A DNA stretch of 64,000 bases, taken from NCBI RefSeq assembly GCF_058153355.1, contig NZ_CM177019.1. The stretch is one strand, 5' to 3'. The first letter of the stretch is position 1. Every line of letters starts with the position of its first letter. The notes beneath the pieces were generated by a model, which worked only from the letters and a program-made list of their open reading frames with translations, was not told the origin of the DNA and did no database searches. A program made the position numbers and the translations under genes. This document shows, piece by piece, positions 40,604 to 54,840 of the stretch.

Positions 40604-41683
40604 ATGTCTAAGATTTTTGATTTCGTAAAACCTGGCGTAATCACTGGTGATGACGTACAGAAAGTTTTCCAGGTAGCAAAAGAAAACAACTTCGCACTGC
40701 CAGCAGTAAACTGCGTCGGTACTGACTCCATCAACGCCGTACTGGAAACCGCTGCTAAAGTTAAAGCGCCGGTTATCGTTCAGTTCTCCAACGGTGGTGC
40801 TTCCTTTATCGCTGGTAAAGGCGTGAAATCTGACGTTCCGCAGGGTGCTGCTATCCTGGGTGCGATCTCTGGTGCGCATCACGTTCACCAGATGGCTGAA
40901 CACTATGGTGTTCCAGTTATCCTGCACACCGACCACTGCGCGAAAAAACTGCTGCCGTGGATCGACGGTCTGCTGGACGCGGGTGAAAAACACTTCGCAG
41001 CTACCGGTAAGCCGCTGTTCTCTTCTCACATGATCGACCTGTCTGAAGAATCTCTGCAAGAGAACATCGAAATCTGCTCTAAATACCTGGAGCGTATGTC
41101 CAAAATCGGCATGACTCTGGAAATCGAACTGGGTTGCACCGGTGGTGAAGAAGACGGCGTGGACAACAGCCACATGGACGCTTCTGCACTGTACACCCAG
41201 CCGGAAGACGTTGATTACGCATACACCGAGCTGAGCAAAATCAGCCCGCGCTTCACCATCGCAGCGTCCTTCGGTAACGTACACGGCGTATACAAGCCGG
41301 GTAACGTTGTTCTGACTCCGACCATCCTGCGTGACTCTCAGGAATATGTTTCTAAGAAACACAACCTGCCGCACAACAGCCTGAACTTCGTATTCCACGG
41401 CGGTTCCGGTTCTACTGCTCAGGAAATCAAAGACTCCGTAAGCTACGGCGTAGTGAAAATGAACATCGATACCGATACCCAATGGGCAACCTGGGAAGGT
41501 GTTCTGAACTACTACAAAGCGAACGAAGCTTATCTGCAGGGTCAGTTGGGCAACCCGAAAGGCGAAGATCAGCCGAACAAGAAATACTACGATCCGCGCG
41601 TATGGCTGCGTGCCGGTCAGACTTCGATGATCGCTCGTCTGGAAAAAGCATTCCAGGAACTGAACGCGATCGACGTTCTGTAA
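40604..41683 (+). CDS. fbaA: Fructose-bisphosphate aldolase class II
   Basis: 359 aa from MSKIFDFVKPGVITGDDVQKVF; ORF-track start at 40520 lies inside ERIC and is rejected. Confidence 0.95.
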   Translation: MSKIFDFVKPGVITGDDVQKVFQVAKENNFALPAVNCVGTDSINAVLETAAKVKAPVIVQFSNGGASFIAGKGVKSDVPQGAAILGAISGAHHVHQMAEHYGVPVILHTDHCAKKLLPWIDGLLDAGEKHFAATGKPLFSSHMIDLSEESLQENIEICSKYLERMSKIGMTLEIELGCTGGEEDGVDNSHMDASALYTQPEDVDYAYTELSKISPRFTIAASFGNVHGVYKPGNVVLTPTILRDSQEYVSKKHNLPHNSLNFVFHGGSGSTAQEIKDSVSYGVVKMNIDTDTQWATWEGVLNYYKANEAYLQGQLGNPKGEDQPNKKYYDPRVWLRAGQTSMIARLEKAFQELNAIDVL

Positions 41684-41705
41684 GATATTCCTTTCTGCTT
41701 ATCTC

Positions 41706-41733
41706 AAGGCCCGCTCTGCGGGTCTTTTTTTCG
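41706..41733 (+). terminator. Rho-independent terminator downstream of fbaA (first of two direct copies)
   Basis: aggcccgctctgcgggtc + T7. Confidence 0.65.
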
Positions 41734-41746
41734 CCAAAAGAAAAAA

Positions 41747-42996
<1,250 letters not shown>

Positions 42997-43026
42997 CATG
43001 CCTGCAATCTGGGAAACCGGGGTAGA

Positions 43027-43128
<102 letters not shown>

Positions 43129-43153
43129 ACAAATCGCACATTGCTATCTGTCT

Positions 43154-43187
43154 GAGGCCCGCTCTGCGGATCTTTTTTCACCAAAAG
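43154..43187 (+). repeat. Second, degenerate copy of the fbaA terminator sequence
   Basis: gaggcccgctctgcggatcttttttcaccaaaag vs 41706..41740 (2 substitutions, 1 indel). Confidence 0.7.
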
Positions 43188-43320
43188 CAAGGTGATGCAG
43201 ATGAGAAATCTGTGATCTATTTGGCAAAATTATGCTTTATTGTTTACCCTTGTCAGACTGCCCGTCATAAGGCGGCGGAGTGTATTTCTCCATTTTGAGT
43301 CAGTTGAAAAGGAATATTGA

Positions 43321-44181
<861 letters not shown>

Positions 44182-44319
44182 TCAACGCTGAGGCCAGATA
44201 ATACTCTCTGGCCTCTCTCTTATTAGTTTTTCTGATTGCCAATTAATATTATCAATTTCCGCTAATAACAATACCGCGATATAGTCTCTTCATCAGATAC
44301 TTACTTCGGAATATCCAAC

Positions 44320-44955
44320 GTGTTTTCTTATTACTTTCAAGGTCTTGCACTTGGGGCGGCTATGATCCTACCGCTCGGTCCACAAAATGCTTTTGTGATG
44401 AATCAGGGCATACGTCGTCAGTACCACATTATGATTGCCTTACTTTGTGCTATCAGCGATTTGGTCCTGATTTGCGCCGGGATTTTTGGTGGCAGTGCGT
44501 TATTGATGCAGTCGCCGTGGTTGCTTGCGCTGGTCACCTGGGGCGGCGTAGCCTTCTTGCTGTGGTATGGTTTTGGCGCTTTTAAAACCGCAATGAGCAG
44601 TAATATTGAGTTAGCCAGTGCCGAAGTCCTGAAGCAAGGAAGATGGAAAATTATCGCCACCATGCTGGCAGTGACCTGGCTGAATCCGCATGTTTACCTG
44701 GATACTTTTGTGGTGCTGGGTAGCCTTGGTGGGCAGCTTGATGTTGAACCAAAACGTTGGTTTGCGCTCGGGACAATTAGCGCCTCTTTCCTCTGGTTCT
44801 TTGGTCTGGCTCTTCTCGCTGCCTGGCTGGCACCGGGTCTGCGTACGGCAAAAGCACAGCGCATTATCAATCTGGTAGTGGGATGTGTTATGTGGTTTAT
44901 TGCCTTGCAGCTGGCGAGAGACGGTATTGTTCATGCACAAGCCTTGTTCAGTTAG
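44320..44955 (+). CDS. argO: Arginine exporter ArgO (LysE family)
   Basis: 211 aa [30 protein letters not shown]. Confidence 0.9.
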   Translation: MFSYYFQGLALGAAMILPLGPQNAFVMNQGIRRQYHIMIALLCAISDLVLICAGIFGGSALLMQSPWLLALVTWGGVAFLLWYGFGAFKTAMSSNIELASAEVLKQGRWKIIATMLAVTWLNPHVYLDTFVVLGSLGGQLDVEPKRWFALGTISASFLWFFGLALLAAWLAPGLRTAKAQRIINLVVGCVMWFIALQLARDGIVHAQALFS

Positions 44956-45047
44956 GCGCTATCTGATGGAAAAATAAAACAGAGGCGCTAAGCTTGCCTC
45001 CAGAGGTCCTGAATTTTGGGCAAGTCAATTAACACGGAGAGACTAAC

Positions 45048-45788
45048 GTGAAGTTCAAAGTTATCGCCCTGGCGGCATTAATGGGTATTAGCGGGATGGC
45101 AGCGCAGGCTAACGAATTGCCGGATGGACCGCATATTGTCACCTCCGGTACGGCAAGCGTGGATGCGGTGCCAGACATTGCCACTCTTGCGATTGAAGTC
45201 AACGTGGCCGCGAAGGATGCCGCTACTGCCAAGAAACAGGCGGATGAGCGCGTCGCACAATACATTTCCTTCCTTGAACTCAATCAGATCGCGAAAAAAG
45301 ATATCAGCTCAGCGAACTTACGCACCCAGCCAGATTATGATTATCAGGATGGTAAAAGTATCCTGAAAGGCTACCGTGCTGTGAGAACGGTGGAAGTCAC
45401 GCTCCGTCAGTTAGACAAACTGAATTCCTTGCTGGATGGTGCGCTGAAGGCGGGTCTTAACGAAATTCGTTCTGTATCGCTGGGCGTGGCGCAGCCGGAT
45501 GCCTATAAAGACAAAGCGCGTAAGGCAGCGATTGATAACGCGTTTCATCAGGCGCAGGAACTGGCGAACGGCTTTCATCGTAAACTAGGGCCGGTATATA
45601 GCGTGCGCTACCATGTTTCCAACTATCAGCCCAGCCCAATGGTGCGGATGATGAAAGCCGATGCCGCGCCGGTCTCAGCCCAGGAAACTTACGAGCAGGC
45701 TGCTATTCAGTTTGATGATCAGGTCGATGTGGTCTTCCAGTTAGAACCTGTGGATCAACAACCCGCTAAAACACCTGCCGCACAATAA
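45048..45788 (+). CDS. yggE: Periplasmic oxidative-stress defence protein YggE (DUF541)
   Basis: 246 aa with signal peptide MKFKVIALAALMGISGMAAQA. Confidence 0.85.
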   Translation: MKFKVIALAALMGISGMAAQANELPDGPHIVTSGTASVDAVPDIATLAIEVNVAAKDAATAKKQADERVAQYISFLELNQIAKKDISSANLRTQPDYDYQDGKSILKGYRAVRTVEVTLRQLDKLNSLLDGALKAGLNEIRSVSLGVAQPDAYKDKARKAAIDNAFHQAQELANGFHRKLGPVYSVRYHVSNYQPSPMVRMMKADAAPVSAQETYEQAAIQFDDQVDVVFQLEPVDQQPAKTPAAQ

Positions 45789-45955
45789 TACTTGTAGCCC
45801 GACGTATTGGTCGGGCTAATGCCTTTACCCGATATTGCCTCCTTTTTCTGTAATTTTCTGTAAAACCATGACGTAATCACCTATCTTTGCTCGCGGTTTC
45901 ATCAAGGATAGGCTGACTGAAACGGTTAAGCGGACAAGGATGCGGGGGAGCGGGG

Positions 45956-46852
45956 ATGGACATTTTTATTTCGAAAAAGATGCGCAATTTCATTTTATTA
46001 GCGCAAACCAATAATATTGCCCGGGCGGCAGAAAAAATCCATATGACGGCTTCGCCATTTGGCAAAAGCATTGCCGCGCTGGAAGAACAAATTGGCTATA
46101 CGCTATTTACCCGCAAAGATAATAATATCAGCCTCAATAAAGCCGGGCAGGAACTGTATCAAAAACTGTTCCCGGTTTATCAACGGCTTTCTGCGATTGA
46201 TAATGAAATCCATAACTCAGGACGTCGTTCACGAGAAATTGTGATAGGCATAGATAATACTTATCCGACCATTATTTTTGATCAGTTGATTAGTCTCGGA
46301 GATAAGTACGAAGGCGTGACCGCCCAGCCAGTTGAGTTCAGCGAAAACGGCGTTATCGATAATCTTTTTGACCGTCAGTTAGATTTTATAATCTCCCCAC
46401 AGCATGTATCTGCACGAGTTCAGGAACTGGAAAACCTGACTATCAGTGAACTACCACCGCTGCGATTGGGCTTTCTCGTTTCTCGCCGTTATGAAGAGCG
46501 ACAAGAGCAAGAGTTGCTTCAGGAGCTACCCTGGCTACAAATGCGCTTTCAGAACCGGGCCAACTTCGAAGCAATGATTGATGCGAATATGCGTCCTTGT
46601 GGGATCAATCCCACCATTATTTATCGACCTTACAGTTTTATGGCCAAAATCAGCGCCGTGGAGCGCGGACATTTTCTGACGGTGATCCCGCATTTTGCCT
46701 GGCGACTGGTGAATCCGGCAACGCTGAAATATTTTGATGCGCCGCACAGGCCGATGTATATGCAGGAATATCTTTATTCAATCAGAAATCATCGTTATAC
46801 CGCCACGATGCTTCAGCATATTGCTGAAGATCGTGACGGGACGAGTCATTAA
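45956..46852 (+). CDS. ygfI: LysR-family transcriptional regulator YgfI
   Basis: 298 aa; N-terminal HTH; convergent with scpC, 4-nt overlap. Confidence 0.8.
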   Translation: MDIFISKKMRNFILLAQTNNIARAAEKIHMTASPFGKSIAALEEQIGYTLFTRKDNNISLNKAGQELYQKLFPVYQRLSAIDNEIHNSGRRSREIVIGIDNTYPTIIFDQLISLGDKYEGVTAQPVEFSENGVIDNLFDRQLDFIISPQHVSARVQELENLTISELPPLRLGFLVSRRYEERQEQELLQELPWLQMRFQNRANFEAMIDANMRPCGINPTIIYRPYSFMAKISAVERGHFLTVIPHFAWRLVNPATLKYFDAPHRPMYMQEYLYSIRNHRYTATMLQHIAEDRDGTSH

Positions 46853-48327
46853 CCCAGCATCGAGCCGGTTGCAATTAAATTACGGTGTAAATCGAAGACG
46901 TGGCTAAGATCGTGGTGAATATGTCCGCCGGGCGCATTTTCCAGATAGCGATGCAGATAATCCCGATACATAGGATGTGCACAATTATCAATGATGGTGC
47001 GGGCGCGTTGAAGCGGGGAAAGACCACGCAGATCGGCGATCCCTTGTTCGGTGATGATCACTTTGACGCTGTGTTCGCTGTGATCAACATGGCTGCACAT
47101 TGGCACGACGGTTGAGATCTTGCCTTCTTTAGCAATCGACGGGGCCATAAAGATCGACAGATACGCGTTGCGTTCAAAATCACCGCTGCCACCGATGCCG
47201 TTCATCAGATCGACCCCGGCTACGTGCGTTGAGTTGGCATGCCCGTAAATATCAAACTCCAGGCCGACGTTCAGAGCGATGACGCCCAGACGACGGATGA
47301 TTTCCGGGTTATTGGAAATCTCCTGCGGACGCAACACAATGCGGCTGGCAAAGTAATCCATATTGTCGTAAATCTTGCGCAGGGAATCGGCCGAGATAGT
47401 CAGGCTGGAGGCGCTGGCCCCGCTGATTTTGCCCGTTTCCAGTAAATGCACCACCGATTCCTGTAGCACTTCCGAATACATCATGAACGGAGGAATTTCC
47501 GGGTTTTCCCCTAGTCGCGCCATGACTGCATTATTGATATTGCCCACGCCACTTTGCAGCGGCAGAAATTCCGGCGGAATACGCCCATGCGCCATTTCCT
47601 GCAACAAGAACGTGACCACGTTATCGGCAATCTGCTGGCACATGGGATTTTGCTTATCCAGCATATTACCGGCGTCGGGCAAGTTGGTTTCCACGACGGC
47701 GACAATCTTTTTCGGATCGATTTGCACATAGCGGGTACCGACGCGATCCATTGCATGGAAGATCGATACGCTATTGCGCCGCGGTGGCGCGCCAGGAATC
47801 ACAATATCCGCCAGTTCTGCAACGCGCGGATCGTGATAGTGATTGAGTTCAATGATCACTTTCTTCGCCCGCAGCAGCCAGGTCGGCGCATTACCGATCC
47901 CGCTGGTTAACCAGACTCGACCATCCGGTGCCAGTGCCGATGCTTCAATGACGGCAACATCAATTTCGCCGAAGAAACCGTAATTGACCATTTGCGCCAC
48001 TTCGCTCAAATGCAGGTCAACGAAACTCACCGCGCCCTGATTGATCTTTTTACGTAAACCGGACGATGTTTGATATGGCGCACGCCAGGAAACAGCATCG
48101 GCGTCAGAAAGTACATCGTCAGCGGCGGCGCTGATTGACGCCCCCGTCAGTAGGCGGATTTGATACGGCTTTTTGGCCTCATGCTGTTCGTTAGCTCTGC
48201 GGGCAATGGCGGTGGGAAGGGCTTTCGGCGAACCCGCCGGGGTAAAGCCGCTAAATGCCACCATGTCGTTATGCTGGATAATTTCTGCCGCTTCATCGGC
48301 GGTCATCCTTGTCCACTGAGTTTCCAT
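46849..48327 (-). CDS. scpC: Propionyl-CoA:succinate CoA-transferase
   Basis: 492 aa METQWTRMTADEAAEIIQHNDMVAFSGFTPAGSPK. Confidence 0.9.
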   Translation of the reverse strand: METQWTRMTADEAAEIIQHNDMVAFSGFTPAGSPKALPTAIARRANEQHEAKKPYQIRLLTGASISAAADDVLSDADAVSWRAPYQTSSGLRKKINQGAVSFVDLHLSEVAQMVNYGFFGEIDVAVIEASALAPDGRVWLTSGIGNAPTWLLRAKKVIIELNHYHDPRVAELADIVIPGAPPRRNSVSIFHAMDRVGTRYVQIDPKKIVAVVETNLPDAGNMLDKQNPMCQQIADNVVTFLLQEMAHGRIPPEFLPLQSGVGNINNAVMARLGENPEIPPFMMYSEVLQESVVHLLETGKISGASASSLTISADSLRKIYDNMDYFASRIVLRPQEISNNPEIIRRLGVIALNVGLEFDIYGHANSTHVAGVDLMNGIGGSGDFERNAYLSIFMAPSIAKEGKISTVVPMCSHVDHSEHSVKVIITEQGIADLRGLSPLQRARTIIDNCAHPMYRDYLHRYLENAPGGHIHHDLSHVFDLHRNLIATGSMLG

Positions 48328-48350
48328 TTTTACTCCTTCGTTCGCAGGGA

Positions 48351-49136
48351 TTAATGACCAACGAAATTAGGTTTACGTTTTTCGAGGAAAGCGTTCATCC
48401 CTTCCTGGTAATCTTCGCTGTCATAAACCGCGCGGCGCATCCCCTGAATACGTTCAAATTCATCGGAGTTCATGGTGTGCGCTTCGCCCAGTACACGCAG
48501 TTCTTCTTTGATAACGGCAATGGCTAACGGCGCTTTCTCAGAGATGTGGTGCGCCATTTGTAAGGTGAAATCTTCCAGTTCTTCCACTTCCACAACATGA
48601 TTGAGGATGCCGACAGCCAGCGCGCGCTGGGCTGTGATTGGCGAAGCGGTAAAAATCAGCTCTTTGACAATGTGGAAGCCCGCGTCGCGGGTCAGGTTGT
48701 GAATGCCGACCAGGTTATACGGGACGCCGAGGTTTACAGGCGTCATTGAGAAGGTTGAGGTACTGGCGGCGATGATCAGATCGGAACTCATGATCATTTC
48801 AAATGCTCCCCCCCAAACACTACCTTCCACCATCGAAATGATCGGTTTCGGGAATTTTTGGATCATGCGGGTGATTTGACGCAACGGATCATCATAAGAG
48901 AGCGGATCGCGACCGCCAGACGGAAGTTCGTGAATATCGTGACCTGCGGAGAAGACTTTGGATCCACTCGGCGCGCGCAAAATGATACAGCGAATTTCCG
49001 GCCGGTTGAGATCGCTTAATGCCTGCATAAGATCATCAATAAAGACTTTACTTAAGGCATTAAGTTTTCGGCCATAGTTAAACTCAATGACCGCCACTTT
49101 GTTGATAGTGGCAACGTTCACATGCTGATAAGACAT
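48351..49136 (-). CDS. scpB: Methylmalonyl-CoA decarboxylase (crotonase fold)
   Basis: 261 aa from MSYQHVNVATINKVAVIEFNYGRKLNAL. Confidence 0.85.
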   Translation of the reverse strand: MSYQHVNVATINKVAVIEFNYGRKLNALSKVFIDDLMQALSDLNRPEIRCIILRAPSGSKVFSAGHDIHELPSGGRDPLSYDDPLRQITRMIQKFPKPIISMVEGSVWGGAFEMIMSSDLIIAASTSTFSMTPVNLGVPYNLVGIHNLTRDAGFHIVKELIFTASPITAQRALAVGILNHVVEVEELEDFTLQMAHHISEKAPLAIAVIKEELRVLGEAHTMNSDEFERIQGMRRAVYDSEDYQEGMNAFLEKRKPNFVGH

Positions 49137-49146
49137 AAAAATTCCT

Positions 49147-50142
49147 TTAATCAAAATATTGCGTCTGGATAAATTCACTAAGCTGCCGCAGGCCGGTGCG
49201 CGGTGAGAGCGTATTATTTTTGACCGCTAAAAGCGTCTGGCGGTAATAGCGATCGAAATCTTCATTCGCGAACAGGTGATTCAGTACTTCTTCTTCGGTC
49301 TGCTTACGCAGCCATTCCACCGATTGTTGTTGCCGCACTTGCTGTAAACGACCACTGGCAGTTAGCGCGGTTTTGAAGTCGATGATGGCGTGCCAGATCT
49401 CATCGATTCCACGTTTTTCCAGTGCGCTACAAGTCAGAACTCGTGGCTGCCATTCGTCGTATTTACGTCGCAGAATATGCAGGGCACTCTCGTACATATG
49501 CCGGGCAATGGCGACATTGGTATGGTTATCGCCATCGTCTTTGTTGATAACGATCAGATCTGCCACTTCCATCAGTCCCTTTTTAATCCCCTGCAGATCA
49601 TCGCCGCCACCGGCAATTTGCAACGAGATAAAACAGTCCACCATGCGGGCGACTTCCGTTTCCGACTGTCCGACGCCAACCGTTTCGACAATCACTACGT
49701 CATAACCCGCCGCTTCGCATAACAGCATTAATTCCCGCGCTCGCTGACTGGCACCGCCCAGATGGCTGGAGGATGGTACCGGGCGAATAAACGCCGCCTC
49801 GGCACGCGCCAGGTCATTCATGCGGGTTTTATCCCCGAAAATGCTACCGCCAGTGACCGGGCTGCTGGGATCGACCGCAATAACCGCAACCTTTAGTCCC
49901 TCACGAATCAACAACATGCCAAAGGCTCCAAGAAAGGTACTTTTCCCCGCGCCGGGTGTGCCGGTAACACCCAGTCGCAGGGCGTTACCACAGAACGGCA
50001 TAATGGCATCAAGCAGTTGCGTACTTAGCGCCTGATGACGCGGGTGACGGCTTTCCACCAGCGTCATGGCCTGGGCGAGCGTGGCACGCTCACCCTGACG
50101 TAAGCGGCGAATACTTTCTGCCAGCGTGGCTTCATTAATCAT
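49147..50142 (-). CDS. argK: Methylmalonyl-CoA mutase-associated GTPase (MeaB-like)
   Basis: 331 aa; P-loop GTPGAGKST. Confidence 0.9.
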   Translation of the reverse strand: MINEATLAESIRRLRQGERATLAQAMTLVESRHPRHQALSTQLLDAIMPFCGNALRLGVTGTPGAGKSTFLGAFGMLLIREGLKVAVIAVDPSSPVTGGSIFGDKTRMNDLARAEAAFIRPVPSSSHLGGASQRARELMLLCEAAGYDVVIVETVGVGQSETEVARMVDCFISLQIAGGGDDLQGIKKGLMEVADLIVINKDDGDNHTNVAIARHMYESALHILRRKYDEWQPRVLTCSALEKRGIDEIWHAIIDFKTALTASGRLQQVRQQQSVEWLRKQTEEEVLNHLFANEDFDRYYRQTLLAVKNNTLSPRTGLRQLSEFIQTQYFD

Positions 50143-52279
50143 GATGCTGGCTTATCAGATTCAGTACGTCGCGCACGCTGTCGAGCATAGGCGTACCTGG
50201 ACCATAAATCGCCGCCACGCCGCGCTCCTGCAGGAAGGCGTAATCCTGCGGTGGAATGACGCCACCCGCGACCACGAAAATATCTTCGCGATTCCATTTC
50301 TTCAGCGCTTCGACCAGTTCCGGGATCAGCGTTTTATGACCGGCAGCCAGTGAAGATGCGCCCACTATGTGAACGTCGTTTTCTACTGCCAGGCGGGCGA
50401 TCTCTTCAGGTGTAGAGAACATCGGGCTTAAATCTACGTCGAAACCGAGATCGGAATAGGCGCTGGCGATCACTTTCGCGCCGCGATCGTGCCCATCCTG
50501 GCCCATTTTGGCGATCAGAATGCGCGGGCGACGACCATTGTCGGCAAGGAACTGCTCCGTTTGCGCAACAATGGCATCGAACTCGGAGGCCGATTTCTCA
50601 GACTGATGATAGCTTTGCGCAATCACGCCGGTAACACACTGGCTTGGCACCAGATAACGGTCGAAAGCGGCTTCCAGCGCATCGGAAATTTCACCCAGGG
50701 TGGCGCGAACGCGAGCGGCATTAACAGCGGCAGCCAGCAGGTTTTCGTTGTGCTGTGCGGCGTGAGTCAGGGCGTTCAACGCGGCGGTTACGGCGGCATC
50801 ATCACGGGTGGCGCGAATGCGTTCCAGCGAAGCAATTTGCTCGTTACGCACCATCACGTTGTCGATCTCAAGTACATCGGTTTCGTCTTCGTGATCCAGT
50901 TTGTACTTGTTGACACCAACGATGACACGCTTGCCCTGGTCGATCAACGACTGTTCGCGCGCGGAGGCCTCTTCGATCATTCGTTTTGGCAGACCTGCTT
51001 CGATCGCTTTCGCCATGCCACCGGCTTCGTCGATCTGTTGGATAATGGCTCTGGCTTGTTTGACGATTTGATCGGTCAGCGATTCAACGTAATAGGATCC
51101 GGCCAGTGGATCGACGGTGCGGCAGAGTTCTGATTCTTCCTGAATGATGATCTGGGTATTGCGGGCAATGCGTGCTGAGAAATCGGTTGGCAAACCCAGC
51201 GCTTCATCAAAGGCGTTGGTATGCAATGACTGAGTACCGCCCAGCGTTGCAGCCAGTGCTTCAATGGTGGTGCGGATAACGTTGTTATACGGATCCTGTT
51301 CAGTCAGGCTCCAGCCTGAGGTCTGGCAGTGGGTACGCAGCGCCAGTGATTTCGGATCCTGTGCGCCAAATCCACTGACCGCTTCGCTCCATAAATAACG
51401 TGCCGCACGCAACATGGCGACGTTCATAAACAGATCCATGCCAATGCCGAAGAAAAACGACAGGCGAGGAGCAAAGTCATCAATTTTCAGCCCAGCGGAG
51501 ATTGCTGCTTTGATGTACTCAATCCCATCAGCGAGCGTAAATGCTACCTGCTGCACGCAGTTGGCACCCGCTTCACCCATATGGTAACCGCTGATACTGA
51601 TGGTATTAAATCGCGGCATGTTGCCGGAACACCAGGCGATGATGTCTGCGATAATACGCATTGACGGTTTTGGCGGGTAAATATAGGTGTTGCGGCAAAG
51701 ATACTCTTTGAGGATATCGTTCTGAATGGTGCCTGTCAGTTTATCGGGTGTAACACCTTGCTCTTCTGCGGCGACAATATAAAACGCCAGTACTGGTAGT
51801 ACTGCGCCATTCATGGTCATCGAAACCGACATTTTATCCAGCGGGATCTGGTCGAACAGGACTTTCATATCTTCCACGGTGTCGATGGCGACGCCCGCTT
51901 TGCCGACGTCACCCGCAACGCGCGGGTTATCGGAGTCGTAGCCACGGTGGGTGGCAAGGTCAAACGCAACGGAAAGACCTTTTTGCCCGGCGGCCAGGTT
52001 ACGGCGATAAAAAGCGTTAGACTCTTTTGCTGTCGAGAAACCGGCATACTGACGGATAGTCCACGGTTGGGCGGTATACATAGTGGCACGCGGGCCACGA
52101 ACGTAGGGTGGCAAACCAGGAAGGGTACCGGTCACTTCCAGATTATCGAGATCGGCTTCAGTATACAGCGGCTTGATGGCGATCCCTTCTGCGGTTTGCT
52201 GAACCAGCGAGTCGACAGTTTTCTCCCGACGGCTCAATTCCTTGTTGGCAAGCTGTTGCCACTCCTGCACGTTAGACAT
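50135..52279 (-). CDS. scpA: Methylmalonyl-CoA mutase (B12-dependent)
   Basis: 714 aa from [20 protein letters not shown]; overlaps argK start by 8 nt. Confidence 0.9.
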   Translation of the reverse strand: MSNVQEWQQLANKELSRREKTVDSLVQQTAEGIAIKPLYTEADLDNLEVTGTLPGLPPYVRGPRATMYTAQPWTIRQYAGFSTAKESNAFYRRNLAAGQKGLSVAFDLATHRGYDSDNPRVAGDVGKAGVAIDTVEDMKVLFDQIPLDKMSVSMTMNGAVLPVLAFYIVAAEEQGVTPDKLTGTIQNDILKEYLCRNTYIYPPKPSMRIIADIIAWCSGNMPRFNTISISGYHMGEAGANCVQQVAFTLADGIEYIKAAISAGLKIDDFAPRLSFFFGIGMDLFMNVAMLRAARYLWSEAVSGFGAQDPKSLALRTHCQTSGWSLTEQDPYNNVIRTTIEALAATLGGTQSLHTNAFDEALGLPTDFSARIARNTQIIIQEESELCRTVDPLAGSYYVESLTDQIVKQARAIIQQIDEAGGMAKAIEAGLPKRMIEEASAREQSLIDQGKRVIVGVNKYKLDHEDETDVLEIDNVMVRNEQIASLERIRATRDDAAVTAALNALTHAAQHNENLLAAAVNAARVRATLGEISDALEAAFDRYLVPSQCVTGVIAQSYHQSEKSASEFDAIVAQTEQFLADNGRRPRILIAKMGQDGHDRGAKVIASAYSDLGFDVDLSPMFSTPEEIARLAVENDVHIVGASSLAAGHKTLIPELVEALKKWNREDIFVVAGGVIPPQDYAFLQERGVAAIYGPGTPMLDSVRDVLNLISQHHD

Positions 52280-52482
52280 TATTTGCTCCATAAAACGCAA
52301 TCAAAATGAGGGTATTTGCGCTTACGGTGAGCTTTTTACGTGGGTTTGTCGCCAGCAAAAAAAATGCATTCAGACGTCGTTTTTTGCCGCCTGAGATTTG
52401 TCTATTTTGTGATGTGATTCAAGGAATACAAAAAGAACTGGAGGTGATGCCTGGTATGTATTACCAGGCATTATTTGATGGA

Positions 52483-53376
52483 TTATTCCTGACGAAGAAC
52501 TTTGTGACCATAATCGAGCAACGCATCAGTGACTTTACGCATCATGCGGCTTTCAGGAGCAAAGCGGTGCCAGTAGAGCATCCGGCGTTGAAATAGCCCT
52601 GGCGTTAAGTCAATCAGTTCGCCGCTGGCCAGTTCTTTCTCGATTTGCAGATGTGGGATCATACAGCAGGTGGTCCCCTGACGAGCAAGTTGCACGAACG
52701 CTTCTGAAGAATTAACGATATGGCAGGGTACGCTGCCTGGAGGCAGATCAAAGTTTTGCTGCAAAAAGGCCTGGTGCATATCATCAAGATGGTCAAAGGC
52801 GACCACTGGCGCTTTCAGTAATGCCGAACGCGTTACGCCGTTAGGGAAATATTTTTCGGCGAACGGTTTTGAGCTGACGAACAGATAGTCGAGCGCACCG
52901 AGCTTATCGACAAGACAACTCGGTAGCGCCTGATGTTGAATACTCACCGCGCCGACCACTTCGCCGCGACGCAGACGTTCCTGAGTGCGGGTTTCATCTT
53001 CTACCTGCAAGTTGAGGCGGATAGGCGAATCAGCTAACACAGGAGCCAGCGCCGGAAGCAACCACGTCGCCAGACTGTCAGCGTTGACCGCCAGTGAAAG
53101 CAGCAGCGGAGTTGAACCGGTTTGTTCATCGCCCAGCCACTCTTCTTCCAGTAACTCCACCTGGCGTAGCAGTGCCAGCAGTTTTTGCCCTTGTTCCGTC
53201 GGGCGCGGCGGTACGGTACGCACCAACAGCGGCTGCCCGAACATATTTTCCAGTTGCTTAATGCGCTGTGAGACGGCTGATTGTGTAATGCACAGCTTTT
53301 GTGCCGCGCGCTCAAATCCTCGTTCACGTATCACCGCATCCAGTGCCTGTAATGTTCTGTAGTCCGGGCGTTTCAT
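52483..53376 (-). CDS. argP: LysR-family regulator ArgP/IciA
   Basis: 297 aa from [43 protein letters not shown]. Confidence 0.9.
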   Translation of the reverse strand: MKRPDYRTLQALDAVIRERGFERAAQKLCITQSAVSQRIKQLENMFGQPLLVRTVPPRPTEQGQKLLALLRQVELLEEEWLGDEQTGSTPLLLSLAVNADSLATWLLPALAPVLADSPIRLNLQVEDETRTQERLRRGEVVGAVSIQHQALPSCLVDKLGALDYLFVSSKPFAEKYFPNGVTRSALLKAPVVAFDHLDDMHQAFLQQNFDLPPGSVPCHIVNSSEAFVQLARQGTTCCMIPHLQIEKELASGELIDLTPGLFQRRMLYWHRFAPESRMMRKVTDALLDYGHKVLRQE

Positions 53377-53516
53377 TGCTGTTGTCTGCTCCTGGTAAAT
53401 GCTTTTTCCTGCACTATGACACAATTTTGCGTCAGGTTGCATATACCGAAGCCGTCGGCGGGTACATTTGTATCAGTGGTTAAACACGCAGCTTAAAAGA
53501 TCAGGGATTTGCGCTA

Positions 53517-53747
53517 TTGCATTTCGCTCAGCGAGTTCGCGCCCTGGTTGTGTTGAATGGCGTGGCGTTATTGCCTCAATTTGCCTGTAAACAGGGGCTT
53601 GCCAACGGTGAACTGGTGCGCCTGTTCGCACCGTGGAGCGGCATACCCAGACCGTTGTATGCTTTATTTGCCGGGCGAAAGGGGATGCCCGCCATTGCGC
53701 GATATTTTATGGATGAGTTAACCACGCGGCTTGCCAACGGGGTCTGA
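53517..53747 (+). pseudogene. yqfE: LysR-family regulator C-terminal remnant (yqfE-like)
   Basis: 76-aa ORF resembling a LysR effector-domain C-terminus, no HTH-bearing N-terminus. Confidence 0.4.
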
Positions 53748-53763
53748 ATCGCTTTTTTTGTAT

Positions 53764-53888
53764 ATACTCGTCATACTTCAAGTTGCATGTGCTGCGTCTG
53801 CGTTCGCTCACCCCAGTCACTTACTTCTGTAAGCTCCTGGGGATTCACTCTCTTGTCGCCTCCCTGCAACTCGAATTATTTAGAGTAT
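53764..53888. repeat. ERIC/IRU intergenic repeat upstream of rpiA, inverted relative to 40451..40576
   Basis: Near-identical reverse complement of the pgk–fbaA ERIC. Confidence 0.85.
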
Positions 53889-53925
53889 AATGCGAGTGAA
53901 ATTTCATACCACAGGCGAAACGATC

Positions 53926-54585
53926 ATGACGCAGGATGAATTGAAAAAAGCAGTAGGATGGGCGGCACTTCAGTATGTTCAGCCCGGCACCATTGTTGGT
54001 GTAGGTACAGGTTCCACCGCCGCACACTTTATTGACGCGCTCGGCACGATGAAAGGCCAGATTGAAGGGGCCGTTTCCAGTTCGGATGCGTCCACTGAAA
54101 AACTGAAAAGCCTCGGCATTCACGTTTTTGATCTCAACGAAGTCGACAGCCTTGGCATCTACGTCGACGGTGCAGATGAAATCAACGGCCACATGCAGAT
54201 GATCAAAGGCGGCGGCGCGGCGCTGACCCGTGAAAAAATCATTGCTTCGGTTGCGGAAAAATTTATCTGTATTGCAGACGCTTCTAAGCAGGTTGATATT
54301 CTGGGCAAATTCCCGCTGCCAGTAGAAGTTATCCCGATGGCACGTAGTGCAGTGGCGCGCCAGCTGGTGAAACTGGGCGGTCGTCCGGAATACCGCCAGG
54401 GCGTGGTGACCGATAACGGCAACGTGATCCTCGACGTCCACGGCATGGAAATCCTTGACCCAATAGCGATGGAAAACGCCATAAATGCGATTCCGGGCGT
54501 GGTGACTGTTGGCTTATTTGCTAACCGTGGCGCGGACGTTGCGCTGATTGGCACACCTGACGGTGTCAAAACCATTGTGAAATGA
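53926..54585 (+). CDS. rpiA: Ribose-5-phosphate isomerase A
   Basis: 219 aa from [32 protein letters not shown]. Confidence 0.95.
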
Positions 54586-54840
54586 TCTGACGGGGGAATC
54601 TCCCCCGTTAAAAAAATTCTCTTCGTTAAATTTGGTGACATGTGTCACGTTTTTACCTGGCTATTGTCGATTGCTCTAAATAAATCCTCTAATCCAGCAT
54701 ATTCATCCAAGAAAAACCTTTGCGTGATATTTCCTCAACATCGCGACGCAAACGTTCATATTGCCGCAATATTATTTTTTGATATGTTGAAAGGCGGATG
54801 CAAATCCGCACACAACATTTCAAAAGACAGGATTGGGTAA

